DNA from: Lama glama
Taxonomy: Eukaryota
Reading direction: 5' to 3'
Length of the DNA: 64,000 nt
Assembly (NCBI GenBank): GCA_028534125.1
Contig: CM052850.1
Coordinates: forward strand, 25,792,001 to 25,856,000
Both the position numbers and the translations under genes were made by a program. Below are positions 13,690 to 26,439 of the stretch, piece by piece. Position 1 is the first letter of the stretch, and the number at the start of each line of letters is the position of its first letter. Under the pieces are notes generated by a model. The model was not told the DNA's origin. It was given only the letters and a program-made list of their open reading frames with translations, and did no database searches.

Positions 13690-13860
13690 CTCAGTGCTAT
13701 GTGGGGACTGTGCCACGTGTTACTGCGTTTAATCCTCTTCTCATGAGACGGGTGGTGCCTCATTTTCTAGATGAAGAAACTGAGGGTCAGAGAGGTTAGG
13801 GAATTGGACCTGTGCAACACAGCTAGTGAACAGCAGTGGCTGATAGCCCTGACTCCGTTC
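13690..13860 (-). mobile_element. MIR SINE
   Basis: tttaatcctc..cattttctagatgaagaaactgagggtcagagaggtta..acacagctagtga. Confidence 0.75.
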
Positions 13861-16800
13861 CATCAGATAGACTCCAGTCCACATCTGCCTCTTGATTGAA
13901 CAAATGTGTATCGAGCCCTCTCTGTGCCCTACACTGTGCCAGGCAGCCCCTGACCCAGCGAAGACCCTTGCTTCCCTGATAACAAGCAAGATAATGGGTA
14001 AAATGCCAGGATGGTGTCAGAAGGGGAGCTGGTGGGAGGCTGGGGCAGAGTTATAGTTTCAGGAAGGGCAGCCTCTAAGAAGGTGGCCAGGGAGGGCGTG
14101 CCCTCGTGTGCCTTGTGCCCGGCCTGGCAGGTCCGGAGCCACTGGGCAGAGCCTGCCGGGAGTCTCGCCTGTGAGCAGGAGGAGGGGCAGGTGTGTCTGA
14201 GGCAAACGGGAAGGCCGGGCCACCTTCAGGGGGACTGTGGCCCCTACAGCATCTCGGCCTGGGGAACGCAGGTGAGGGGTCTGTGGGCCCCACACCTGGA
14301 CCGCAGGCTGGCTACCGCCCCAGCCACTGCAGAAGCCAGTGGGTCCCAGTTCAGAGCCAAAGAGAACTCAGAGGTCATGTGCTTCAGCCCCTCGTCCGGG
14401 CTCAGGCTCCACCAGGCCCTGCCTCCACCAGGCCCTGCCTCCAGGTACTGACTGCTGGAATACCCCAGCGACGGGACACTCACTTCTCTCATAGCAGCCA
14501 GGTCGCACCCCCGAAACCTGCCCAAGGGCTCTGAGAAAGTGCTGCTGCAGGTTGAGTGAACAGGCTCCTGTCCTCCTGGGGCAGCGCGGGCGGCAGGCTC
14601 AGTCTCACACATGGTTGCCTTTGGAGGATGTTAGTGGAGAGATTGTGTCCCCTTTCAGCCTGACCTCTTCAGGACCTGCGCCTTTTCCAACTTGATGTTC
14701 CAGCTCAGGCCCCATCCTGCCCCCTCCCTGGGAAAAGGTCAGGGGGTCTCTGCCATCTTGACGTCTGGGAACACCAGGGTGGCCTGGAAGCAGAGACCTG
14801 CTCTCACCTCCTTTCTTCTGGAAAGTTGCCACCATTGATGGAGCCAAAGACGCGTGTGCTCCTGGACCTCAGCTCACTCGGTGGCTTCCTCCAGAGCCCT
14901 GAGCCTTCCAAGCCAAGCCCCACCCCATCCCTTCTGGTTTTGACTCTAAGAATTCAGTTACCCTCTGCTTCTTCATCCAGAAGGAGGGACTGAGAGTGAG
15001 GGGAAGGTGGTGCAGATTAAGAGTGCAGGTTCCAGGAACAGCGGTCCAGGGGCTGTGTGGCAAGCTCCAGGACAGTGGGGGACCCACAGGGCATCCTGGG
15101 GTGAGCAGAGCGCCCGAGCCCAGACGGGCACGCTCAGCCTGCAGGTGCCGCGTGGTTACTGCCCTCGGGCTGGCAGAGACCCGTGGGGTCTGCAGGAGGG
15201 GTCCTGAAGAAGATGGAGGGGTGCGAGGTGCCAGCCACAAGTCCAGGAGAGAGGGAGGGTGTAGGGGACCGTCACGCAGCCGAGGCAGGACACAGCCTGG
15301 GTCCCAGTGAGCCTGCCTCTCCCAGTCCTCCCAGCACACAGCCCACCCTAGCTGGCCGGCCCACCTTTGTTTTGGTTCATTCTGGATGTGCAGTGTGGCA
15401 GAGAACTTGGAAAGCGTGTGACCAGCCCACATTTCTGCCCATGGCAGACAGAGCCGGACCTGGAGCCACCATCCGACCTCGGTCCCTCCCAGGACAGCCC
15501 TCCTGGTCCATTCTCAGGGCCTGGCTCCCCCTTCCCCCATCCTGGACCCCTGGCATCCTGGCTCCCATCTCGCCTGTCCCGTCCTCCCCGTCAGGATGCC
15601 CCGCCATCTGCTCCTCCCTTGGCCCTCCTGGCACCCTACCTCTCACACCAGTGGGCCTGCCTGTCTCCCCCGCTGGGCTTCCCCCCAGGAGCAGGAAGGT
15701 GACACTGCGTCAGAGCCCTGTGCCCCCGTGTCAGGCACAGAGCATTCTGCACACCCTGGCTGGGGCACTTTCGGGGGTCCATTGCCAGCCTCATTCTCTG
15801 GTGGAACTGGGGCTGAAGGGAGCCTGGTGGCACTGGAGGGCAGTGGGTGGGGTGAGGTCTGTGAGGCATCCTTGCAGCCCCTCAGGGACGCTTCCTGGCT
15901 GGTTTGTCCTTGCCTTCCGCCTGGTGACCATGGCCAGGGTGGCAGGTGCTGTCCTCGGGGGCTGGGTGCAATCTTGTAAGTCAGTCCTACCTTTTCCCTG
16001 GTGGAAGGAAAGGTGGGCCTGTACAGTTGAGCAGGTTGTTCACTGTAGGGGCACCCAGCCCACCCTCCTGGGGCTGTGTCCACCCTGGGGGTGCCTTGTT
16101 CTATACACCAAAGGTGCTGCAAGCATGAATGGGGGCCCCTTAGACGTGCATGTCGTGTGTGGCCCACTCTGCTCGCTCCCGGGGACTCCACACACGTCCC
16201 CATCACATGTGCGCCCTGGAAGCTGCCGCCAGACTCCCAGAGAGCCGAGGCCTCTGTCATTTCTGACTTGGGATTCCCTCCTCCCCTTGGGTGCGGTCAG
16301 GCATTTAGGCCCCTCTGCCTTCTGGGTCCACATCACTCTCGCAGATGCCTCCTTGGCCCAGGCGAGCCAAGCCAACTTGGGGGATCAGGAGGCCGGGTAG
16401 TGGGCTGGGCAGGGTCCCCGGGGACAGGGGACTGGGGCCTGGCCGTGGTTGGCACTGCAGTTCCTGCCTCCAGATGGTCCCCGAGCCTGCGGCCCCGCCC
16501 CCTCGCACGGCCGGCCTGCGGTTGCTGGTCCTGACTCCCTGCCACCAAAGAGTGAGGTCAGTGACTGCACTGGCAGGACCTCCGGGGCTGTGATCCCAGC
16601 ATCCAACTACAGGCCCCTACTCATTACTCACCCCAGCTCCTGTCGAGATTGAAGTGGTCTCTGAGAATCACATCCTTGTCTAAGTGGAGCTGGCTTTTCG
16701 GAGGACAGTTCCAAATACAAGCTCCCTTTATGGCCGTGGTGGGAGCCTGAGGAGAGGGCTTTGAAGGCAGGATTTCCCCAGGGGGCCCTGGGGGCCTACC

Positions 16801-17789
16801 TGCCACACCCTGACATGGTGGTCCCAGGCCCCCCCACCCCAGCTCGGAAGCAGCAGGAGTCCCCGCCTGCCGCTAAGCAGCTGATGCGCGGTGTCCTCTC
16901 CGCTCCCAGAGCCCCTCCACCACAGCGCCCACCTCCCAGGTTGAGGGGGGAGAGTCTCTCGAGTGAAAAAAGTGGGTTTGGGGGTACTCAGAGCCCTGGG
17001 TAAGTCACACATAGCCTCCCACAAGGCCAGGACAAGGCAGTGGCCCCTGGGGGCCCAGTTTGCGTTACAGAGAGGGCCAGGTGAGGCCGGCCTTCAAGCT
17101 GCCTGTCCCAGGCTTGGCCACCCCACCTGGTCTCAGAGGCAGCAGCCAGTGGAGGAGGGAGCTGAGTGAGTAACCGTACAGGTGAGACCAGGAGGTGACT
17201 GTGCCACAGGTGAATGAAATGGGGAACCGTGCCCAGAGCAGCCTCCTCTTCCACCCTTAGTCCCTCCAGAGGGCGGGCAAGCAGGCAGGAGCCAGCAGCA
17301 GGATGGGGGACATTCCGTCCCTCTGCCGTCTGCTAACAGCTTCTGTCCTGACTCTGGGCTGCTCGCAGGCCGGCATCCCAGCCAGCAGCTGAACAGAATC
17401 CACATTCATGAGCAGCCATTGAGTCTTTCCGGAGGCCTGGGCACGGCCGCCCTGCAGAATGTGACCGTTGCATTTTCCGCATTCCTCCGGGCCTGCCGGG
17501 CCAAGGTGGCCGTGTGTAAACAGGGCTGCTCCTCCGGGCCCTGCAAGTGGCCAGCCAGGCTCTGCCCTCTGGAGACGCCGTGGAGTGGGGCTTCTCTGGG
17601 TTCCCGGCAAGGGGCAGGGCCGGGGGTGGTCAGTGCGGAATTGCCAAGACCAGGGCTGGACAGGGCGAGGGAGCAGGACCAGGTATGGGTACTGGAGGAC
17701 GCGGCCCCGTTGGCCAAGGCTGTGGGCTGCTGGCTGCTGGGCATCCCACGTCCTACCTCAGCGCTACACAGCAGGAACCTTGCTTTGTG

Positions 17790-18335
17790 TTTTAATATAG
17801 TTCACATATCATAAAATTCACCCTTCTCAAGTGCACAGTTTAGGAGCCTTTAGTGTATTCACAAAGTGTGACCATCACCACTGTCTTGTTCTAGAACATT
17901 CTCGTCACCACAGAAAGCAAGCCAGTCCCCACTGGTGCCCCCCCCAGCCTTGGCGACCACTGGGCTGCTTCCCGCCTCTGTGGACAGGCCTGCTCTGGAC
18001 GCTTCCCGTAGGTGGCATCGCGGCGTCTCCTTCCTGTAGCTCCCTTCCCTGGTTGCGGTGCCGCCGGGCTCACCCGCGCGGCAGCCTGGATGGCCGCTCT
18101 GTCCCTTTTTGAGGCTGAATACTGTCGCAGTGTGTGGATGAGCACAGTGTGCACACCCGTCACCTGTCGGTGAGCCCTTGGGCTGCAGTGAACACGCGTG
18201 TCCAGGCGTTTGTGTGGACGTGTGTCTTCACTAGTGCTAGGCAGACATCCCTGGGGTCACGTGGTTACTCTGACCTTTCAAGGAGCTGTCAGTCTGTTCC
18301 CCGCGGCGGCCACGCCATCTCCCACTCCCACCCGT
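17790..18335 (-). mobile_element. L1M (L1MB-like) 3' end fragment, strongly GC-shifted
   Basis: ttcacatatcataaaattcaccc, tttagtgtattcaca, ctagaacatt..tcacc, gtgaaca..cgtgt..tttgtgtggac..tgt; colinear with the recalled L1MB 3'UTR consensus. Confidence 0.75.
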
Positions 18336-19929
18336 GGGTGCGCGGGGGGGACCTGTACCCACCCTCTGCACATGAGAGAAGCGGGACGGGGGTCAGGCGC
18401 CGGCTCAGGCTCACGTGGCCGGGAGGTGGGGCCCGGGACTCCAGGTCCGCCTGGCGCTGGGGCTCTGAGCCCACAGCTGGGAGTCGAGGCAGACAGGGCA
18501 GAAGTCTCAGCCCCCAGGCCTGTCTTTACAGTCCAACCTGCAGGAGGCTCTGGTCCCGGCTGTCTGCGAGCTGTTTCCTGGGGACTCGGAGCGCACCAGG
18601 CTCTGTGTCCCTCCCCACACCCACTGCCCCTTGTCTTCCCCCGAATGAAGGTGAGGCCAGGCCCCTGCTGCACTGCTCACCCATCCCCCAGCCCCCCTGA
18701 GAGGCCTTTTCCTGGGACGAGAGTGTCCTCGGAGAGGAACAAACACCTCATTCGAGGACCCTGGCTCTGAACTCACACTGACCCCAGGAGTCCGAACCAT
18801 CACTTACTGAGGTCAGGTGATCTGTGGAGTGTTGGCTCTGGTCTCTCCCACAGTGGGCCTGGTGGGTCCCCAAACCTGTCCCGTGGGTATTCCCGCAGTT
18901 CTGGAGTACACAATCGGGAAAGACAACCCAGCAAACTAGCAGGGTCCATGGTTCTCACCCCAGAGAGATCGCAACACTTGCCCAAAGTCCACCCAGCAAA
19001 CAGCAGTCAGAGGGGTCGGGGGGCCCAGGCCAGGTGCCTTCTCCGCCTCCATCAGCCAGGATGCCCTGCCCTGGGCACTCCCAGACTGGGCCCTGCCTGG
19101 CACGTCGCACTTGGACATTCCACAGGGAGAGAGGTGCTGGGACTCAGTATCTCCGGACAGACTGGCTTTTCCTTCCTGGTTACATGGGTGGTAGGTTGAA
19201 GGAGGCAGCCTCCCCAGTGGCACAACGCTGACACTGCCGGGTGCCAGGCCCCCTGTGCACTTCGTGTCCGCGTCTAGCGGTGTGCACAGGGCCACCCTGG
19301 CCAGGCTGCGCTCCAGGTGAGGCTGGGAGGAGAAGGTATCCCAGGGGCTGACCCCACACAGAGAGCGGGACTCCAGCCCCCGCTTCCAGGAGAACAGGGC
19401 GAGGTGAAGCAGCTGCCCCCTCACATGGCTTAGAGAGTCAGAGCAGGGGTTCGAACCCACCCCGTTCTCACTGCAGCCCTCTTCGTCCCAGGGGCCTGAG
19501 GGGCCCATAGGGGAGCTGCCAAGGAGAGGATGATACCCTCATGGAGCCCTTGGCCAGGACTGCAGGGGCAGGGGTCCCCCCACAGTCAGCCGCACTGCCC
19601 ACTCCAGGGTCCAGGGCTGGTCTGCACCATGATGGGGAGGCAGGTGGCACCTGGCAGGTGGCCGAGCAGCTGGCGGTGCCGCATCTGCCCTCACCCAGGA
19701 AATGGGGCTGCTGGTGCCATTTTACAGACGAGGAGACTTAGGCACTGAGCGAAGGAACTGGGCCCGTCGTCAGGACCCCAAGGGCCTGGGCTGGTCAGGC
19801 AGTGAGTGAATGTGTCCGGCTCACCTCCTGGCTAATAGAATCCATGCAAGGCCGGCGCTGCCTTCACACAAAGGAGCAGAGGCCAGGGCCGGTCCCAGCA
19901 TGTGGGCGTGGGCAGCCACCAGAGCAGGC

Positions 19930-20150
19930 AGGCGTGTTTGAATATGTGAGCACGCCTGCGTGCATGTGTGTGTGCATACATGTGTACGTGTCTATGAGTG
20001 CATGTGTGGGTGTGTTGCAAGGTGTGCACATGCTCAGTGCATGTGTGCAATCCATGTGTAAGTGTGCACGAGAGTGTACATGTGAGTGTGCACTTGTGTG
20101 CATGTGGGTATGCATGTGTGTGCCTGTGTCAAGAGTATGTGCATGTATAC
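19930..20150. repeat. Degenerate (TG)n/(TGCA)n tract
   Basis: gtgcatgtgtgtgtgcatacatgtgtacgtg... Confidence 0.85.
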
Positions 20151-20154
20151 AGAT

Positions 20155-20330
20155 AACACGATATAGCCAAAGTACACAGGTCATTTTAAATGTTCTAGAA
20201 TGTTCTAGAAGCTACATTTAGACAGAAAAACGGGTGGAATTAATTATATTTAATACAGTATGTTGGAAATGCCACCACTCCATCATGCGATCAGTGTAAA
20301 GTCAGCAAGAGAGTTAGAATCTCAAGGTGA
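20155..20330. mobile_element. MER33-like DNA transposon fragment
   Basis: attttaaatgttctag..agctacatt..aaaaacgggtggaattaatt..atatttaa..catgcgatca resembles MER33. Confidence 0.55.
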
Positions 20331-20489
20331 GGTGTGTGCCAGTGGCCCCTGTGGTCTCTAAGTGCCCTTCAGCTGTGGAATCCCCAACACCCACCCGAGC
20401 ACAGTGCCCCTCCCCCATCCAAGTCCTCCTCACCCTTCTCCCCTGCTTCCTCTAGTCTTTCCAGACTGCTCTTCCGTCTCTGAGCCTCG

Positions 20490-20630
20490 GTCTCTCAAAG
20501 TGGGGTCTTTGACCCCAGATCAGACTTCCACCTCACCCAGGTCTTCTGAGTCAGAACTGCTGGAGGACGGCCTGGGACCTGCATCTTAATAAACTCCCCT
20601 GGTGATTTTACCTATGTGGAAGGTCAAGGC
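20490..20630. mobile_element. MER5A-like DNA transposon fragment
   Basis: ctctcaaagtggggtc..ctgagtcagaact..ctgcatcttaataaactccc..ggtgatt. Confidence 0.65.
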
Positions 20631-23600
20631 TCTCTTAAGCCCTTATCTTTTTGTCCCTAGCTGCTGTGTTCTAGGTACGCTGGACAGCAGCTGTCCCCAC
20701 ACGCACCACTTCCGTGCTCAGTGCCATATCATTGCACATGCTGTTTTTCTTTTCTTGGGGTAGTTGGTGAACTCCTATTCATCCTTCAAAACCCACCTCC
20801 AACATTGCCCTGCCTTTCGTTTGAGGAGACTTGCCTCCTAAGGGAGCATGAGTCCCCTCCCCTCCGTTGCTTCTTTTTGCTTCCACCCCATGCACAATGG
20901 TTCTATGTCTCAAGTCACCACTGCTCTGGGACCTGGGGCCAGCTCCTCTCTGAGCTCCCGGAGCCCAGCCAGGCCCCAAGCGTGGATGTGGAATGAATCC
21001 GGGCGTGCGTGGGCGGGTCGGTCTCTGCAATCTCAGTAAACATCTGGCCACAGGGCCTGGCAGGAAGCTGACCTCCAGGGTACCACTCAGCTGGCAGCCG
21101 TGCCCATCTATAAATACATTCTCAACTCGGACCAGCCCACATGCATTCCTGCTCCCCGCCCCGGAGTGCCCTCCCAGCGGAAGAAAGGCAGCCGGCGGCC
21201 CTCCACGCCTGGCCATGGTGGTCACTCCGGTGGTGGGAGCGTGCCCGCTCCCGGGGCAGCTCAGGGCCTGCAGAATTTGCTTGTTATCTGAGCGCACTCG
21301 CCGGCCAGCCAGAGCCCAGGCTGCATTTAGCTCTGGGAAGGACTCCCCGAACCGGCGGTGCACTTTTCTTGGCCGTCTGGGCTGTTTTTATGCCGGGCTG
21401 GTGCCTGGGGAGTAACTGAAGTCTCAGAGGCTCCCGGGGGTCCTGCCTGCTGCTGGAGGTGCTGGGTCTGCACGCTCGGGCCGAGGCCCTCCTGGCCGCG
21501 CTGTCCGGAGCCTGCTGAGTAAGAGTCGGAAGGCGGCTCTGCGCTGAGCCCTGTAGGGGCCGGGGACCCCATTGTGTCAGGCGCAACAAAGAGCCGAGGG
21601 TGAGGGTCCGCCAGGCTGACCGTCGTCAGTGTCTCGCCTCCTGGACCCTCAGTCTCTGCCCTTGTCCCCAGCAGCACCGTTTTGCCTCCTGGCACAGGAT
21701 GAGAACCTGTGTGGCCGGCCTCCGGTCTGAAAGTGCAGTGCCAGCCACGGGCCAGGCCTGGTGTCCAGAGGCTGGAACTGATACCCTAGAAGGTGGAGGC
21801 GATGACTTCTGGCAGCCAGGCGTCTCCTGCGTGTGCCTTCAGGAAAGACGGTTGGGGCCGGAAGTGTCAAGCAGCGGTGGGACCTCAGGGAGCAGTGCTG
21901 TCGAGGGAAGTGGGGCCCAGGCCGCAAGGAACACTCCTGGTTTTCTGGTGGCCGCATGAGAGAGAGAGACAGCTGGCCTGGACTTTTGTGATGTTTTATC
22001 TAATCCGACATAACCAGCGTCTCAGCGCGCAGTCTGTGAAAGCGATCAGAGAGGCATTCTGTATTCTCCTGGGCTCACGTTCGAAGGCCAGCACACCGCG
22101 TGCACGCAGGGGGGCCTCAGGGGGCCAGGGCAGCGGGTTGGTGTCGCGCTCCCATCCCAGCTCTGTCTCGTTCCCTTGGGTCATGCTGGGTGTGTCCTGG
22201 AGCCCAGCTGTGTCTGGTCGTTTCATGGCCCCGGAGGCCAGGGGACGTGCAGGCCTCAGAGAGTGAGTGCAGAAGGAGCGTGGTGTCCTCAGGGCCTCCC
22301 AGCACCATGGTTTCCATGTGGTCTCCGTCCTTGTGGTCCCCCGTGGCAGTTGTGCCCACTCTGGGCCCCAAACCTTTCCACCTGCCCTGCGCCCCCTCCC
22401 GCCCTGCCCCGCCCCGCCCTGCCCCCCTGGATGATGCCTCCACTGAGCAGTCTCAGACTGGTCCAGGCGGCGCCTTCAGGAGTGGATCAGCCCTGGGACC
22501 CCCATACTGGGGGCAGGCTCTGTAGGTGGGGCTCAGAAAGTTGTTTGCTGGAAGAAGTTTCTCTTATACCCACAGACAGCCCATTAGGGAGCTCTGGAGG
22601 TGGGCAGGGGAACACCGATGAGACACATACAGACACGTGGTGTTGTATGTAATATGTTGTGTGCATACGTGTGTAATGTGCCACAGTGTTATATACATAA
22701 CATTGTGTTAAATGTGTGATTGTACGTATATGTCCTATCATATAGGTTGCATAGTTGGGTTTCTGGAGTCGGGTGCAGTCCCTGGGTACCATGTGCCAGG
22801 CACCACACTAGGATTTTGCCCAGGTGATTGCTGTTACTCTGTGTCCCCCCCGGGCAGGGAATGTTAAGATACTATAATTCCCATTTTAGACTCCAAGGCT
22901 GCCACGGCTTGTCCGGGGTTGCACACCCAGCTAGGCGTAGGGACTGGCACCCAGGTGTGCGAGCCTAAATTCTGTTTCCTCACCTGCTTTTGGTCGTCTG
23001 CAGCCAGTGACAGGTGCAGGCCACGCCCCGTACCCCCGGCGCCGGTTGCTTGTCTGGCGGTGCCCGTGTGGCCCCCACCGGGGAGAGCGCTCGCTGCACT
23101 GGGACGCCCTCCCCCGACACCTGTCCCTGAAGGCCACGGCTCTGAGTTGTCCCGGGTGGACTGCAGCCGCAGCCACACTGGTCGTCCCACCACGGGCACA
23201 GTCCCTCCACCCAGGCGCCTGCAGGGGCTGAGGCGCCCACAGGGATGCCCACCGTCCATACGCTCAGTTCCCAGCTTCCACCCCTACTCTGGGTCCTTTT
23301 TCCTCTTCACCCCACTTTTAGCTCAGCCATCAAGCTGTGTTCTTCGTGTTCTTATGTGTTGAGTCTCCTGAGTGCACGTGACAAAACGGAGCTTGGGACT
23401 GGGTGGTGGGGCTGAGCAGGCCACGGGGCCATCAGGACCCCAGGCAACGCCTCTTGGCTCTGTCTTTGCCGCATTGGCTCCTCTCTCAGGAGACCCTCCT
23501 GACGGGAGACAGAGAGCCCCCACGGCTCAGGGCTCTGTCCCCCCCTGCCAGCCCAGCAAAAGGCCCCAGGAAGTCTCTCCGTGGTGGAGCCATGCCCTCC

Positions 23601-24789
23601 GTCCCCAGGTCTCCGTGGCCCGAGCCCACAATGTGCTGCAGCAGGTCTGAGTCATGTGTCCACCCTGGGCCCTGCAGTGGGAGTGGCCTGGCCCGCAGCT
23701 CACGGCCCGGGCCCTTCCTCCCCTCATCCTCCGTCCCTTTGACCGGGTTCTGCCAGCCCCTCTCCCGGTGTTGGGGAAGGGAGGGTGAGGACGGGGGCAG
23801 GTGGGCAGAGTTCAGGGTCTCAGAAGGTGGGGAGGACAAGGCTGTGCGTCTTCCTCGGTTAAGTAATCTTTGCCCTGGTGCAGAAATGTGAATCCGAACA
23901 TTTGTTTCCTTAGGTGTGGTGTACATACGTGTGAGATCGGCAGACGGGTAGATACTCCCTGGGAGGCTGCTTTTAGACGTGAACCAAGGTTTCAGTGCCT
24001 ATGAAAGTGAGAAACCCCCAGCCTAGGATGGCCTCAGACCCCTTGTTCCAGACGTGCTGGCGTCCGGGTGTCTGAGAGTGACAGTCGAGAGTGGAACCTG
24101 GCCCTTGGCCCCCAGTCTCCCATTTGGGGTGAAGACCCTGGGGCGCAGGTCAGAGGCCTCTCTGTCCCAACCAGGGTGGCACAAGGCAGATGGTGTCACT
24201 CCGGTCAGCACACGGGGTAAAGCCGCATCAGAGAAAACCAAACAAAGCCTCAGAAAGCACTTTCTATCAGCAAATAAAGAAAGTGCTGGAGAGGCAACTC
24301 TTCTCTGTCCTCAGACGGGGCCTTTGATCCCTGCCTTCCGGCTGCGGAGTCAGAAGGGCCCCCTCTGTGATGTCCAGCTCCTACAGTGACGGGAGGTGGA
24401 GTGGGAGGCACCCGGGGTCCTCCCCTCCCTTCTCTCCGTGGTCCTGTGGCTCAGGACACATCTGGGTGCCGAGACACAGACGCTGGGGAGGAGGACGGGC
24501 AGACAGGGCCTCAAGGAGGGGAGAAGTGAGTTGTGTGGATGGACTTGGACCTGCCCCCTTGGCAGCTGCCCGGAGCATCTGGGATGGTGCCCGTGACCAG
24601 ATGGTCAGATGGGATCCACATTGCTTTACCGCAGGAAAACGGTCATCTTCCTGGGTCCAGGGACAGAGCCGGTGGTGATGTCTCAGCAGCCGTCGCTGGT
24701 CTGCTCTCACGGTGCCGAGAGCCTGAGCTGCACCATCCGTTCAATCTGCCCAGTACCCCAATGAACAGAGAGGAAAGCTGCAGCTGGGA

Positions 24790-25180
24790 CACTCGGGACT
24801 GCAGCCGTGACTGCTGTGTAACAAGCAGCCCCGACTTCCAGGCCCCAGACTACTGCGATATATCGTCTTTCTTGATTCTACGAGTTGGCAGTGGTGCTTC
24901 TGCTGGTCCTGCCAGAGCCCTGTGGGGGGCAACATCGGGCTGGTGGGCTGGTCCCAGCTGGCTGTGTTCACACGGCTGGCAGTTGGTGGTCTTGGCAGAG
25001 GCCAGCTCAGAACACCCCAGCCAAGCAGCCCTCTCTCCTAAGTGTCCCCACCCCAGGGCCCTGCCCAGGGCCAGGCAGTGCCCCCAGGAGCACTGGGACC
25101 CCCAGGACAGGCACCCAGGAGTGGGAGCCATGCTCCAGGCCCCGCCCCTGTCAGCCTCAGGGTGGCACAAGTGGGGTGCA
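24790..25180 (-). mobile_element. Old MLT1-type LTR remnant
   Basis: ctgctgtgtaacaa..cccc, gattct..gagttggc, ggctggtcc blocks; highly diverged. Confidence 0.4.
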
Positions 25181-26439
25181 ACCCCAGGCAGTCCTGCCCG
25201 CCTCTCTGGACCCCTACTTCTCAGTGAGGGGTGGAGTGATGTCATTCTGCCAGCTCAGAGGTCAGCACGGAAATCAGCCTGAGGCGTGGGGTAGCTTGTT
25301 GGGGTGAGAGGAGGGTCAAGGCACCTGCTCCCATCAGCCTGCCATCCTAACCATCACTGGGAGCAGGAAGCCGTCGCTCCTCATCGTGGGAGGGGACGGG
25401 GGCACCAGTGGACCAGCCTGACCTCCAGGGTCGGCGTACCCGAGTCCCAGTTCTGCCCCAGCCCATGGTGTGAACTTTTAACCCCAGCATCCTCATGACC
25501 CCAGCTTCTGCCCGGGTCTGGCAGCTCAAAAATCAGCCAGCAGGGGTGACGGCTCCATTCTGCAGATGGGGAAACTGAGGCCCAGCCTGCTAGCAGAGGG
25601 GCCCATGCTCAGGCCTTTGAGGGCGACTTCTGCTCTCCCAGGTGCACCCAACCCGGGCCAGCCGGGAAGGAGCACGGTTCTGCGGCCACTGAGGTCCCTG
25701 GAAGGGTTTGCTGATGCCTGCTTTCCGGAACCTCCCAGCCCAGCAGCCTCCTTGGGGCCCAGGCCCGGCCTCGCGATCAGTCCCTCCTCTCAGCTGTGAA
25801 AACACAGCAGTAGCAGCAGCGGGGCTGGCCCCGCGCAGTCAGGTCAGCTGGTGGCTGCAGTGCAGGGGCCCCCGGCAGAGACTGAGGGTGAGCTGGGAGC
25901 GCACCCCAGCTCTGTCTGTGCCCCTCGGCACCTTGGTAGCAGCAGGGTCAGCCCTGCTCCCAGGACCCAGCACAGCGGGTTACCACAGCCGGGGCTGAGC
26001 CGGCCCAGGGAAGGTGGCCAGGGATGGGGCGGGGATGGGAGGGGGCCCAAGTCAGCAAGCCAGTGCCTCCCTCAGGGAGGAGAAGGACGGGCCTTGTCCC
26101 GCGTCAGGTCTGGGTCCCCCACCTGCGGCCACTTGCTGGCTGTTTGGCCCATGAGGAACCCTTCATCCCCTCAAGCAGAAGAGGGACCGACCCCAGCTGG
26201 CTGCATGAGGTCCCTCCCCGCACAGGACCACACAGCCGACCAGGAATGAGCGTCAGGGAGAAGGATGGCGTGTCCCCTCCCAGCCCTGCAACAGAGCCGT
26301 CCTCTCAGGGGAGGGGATTCATGTGGTGGGGCAGGGGCAGCTGTTTATTCCAAGGCATCGCAGCACCATCAGCCCTGCTGTGAGCTGGGGGGAAGAGCAC
26401 AGCACTCGGGGCCCTGAGCTTCGGATGCCAGTCCTGGTG

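Noticed and set aside
12212-13763. Overlapping 270-370 aa ORFs on both strands
   Set aside because: They lie in the CpG island where stop codons are depleted; the products are Arg/Gly/Pro/Ala low-complexity with no domain
15183-16400. 405-aa ORF in intron 1
   Set aside because: Non-ATG start, no recognisable homology, and composition typical of random GC-rich DNA
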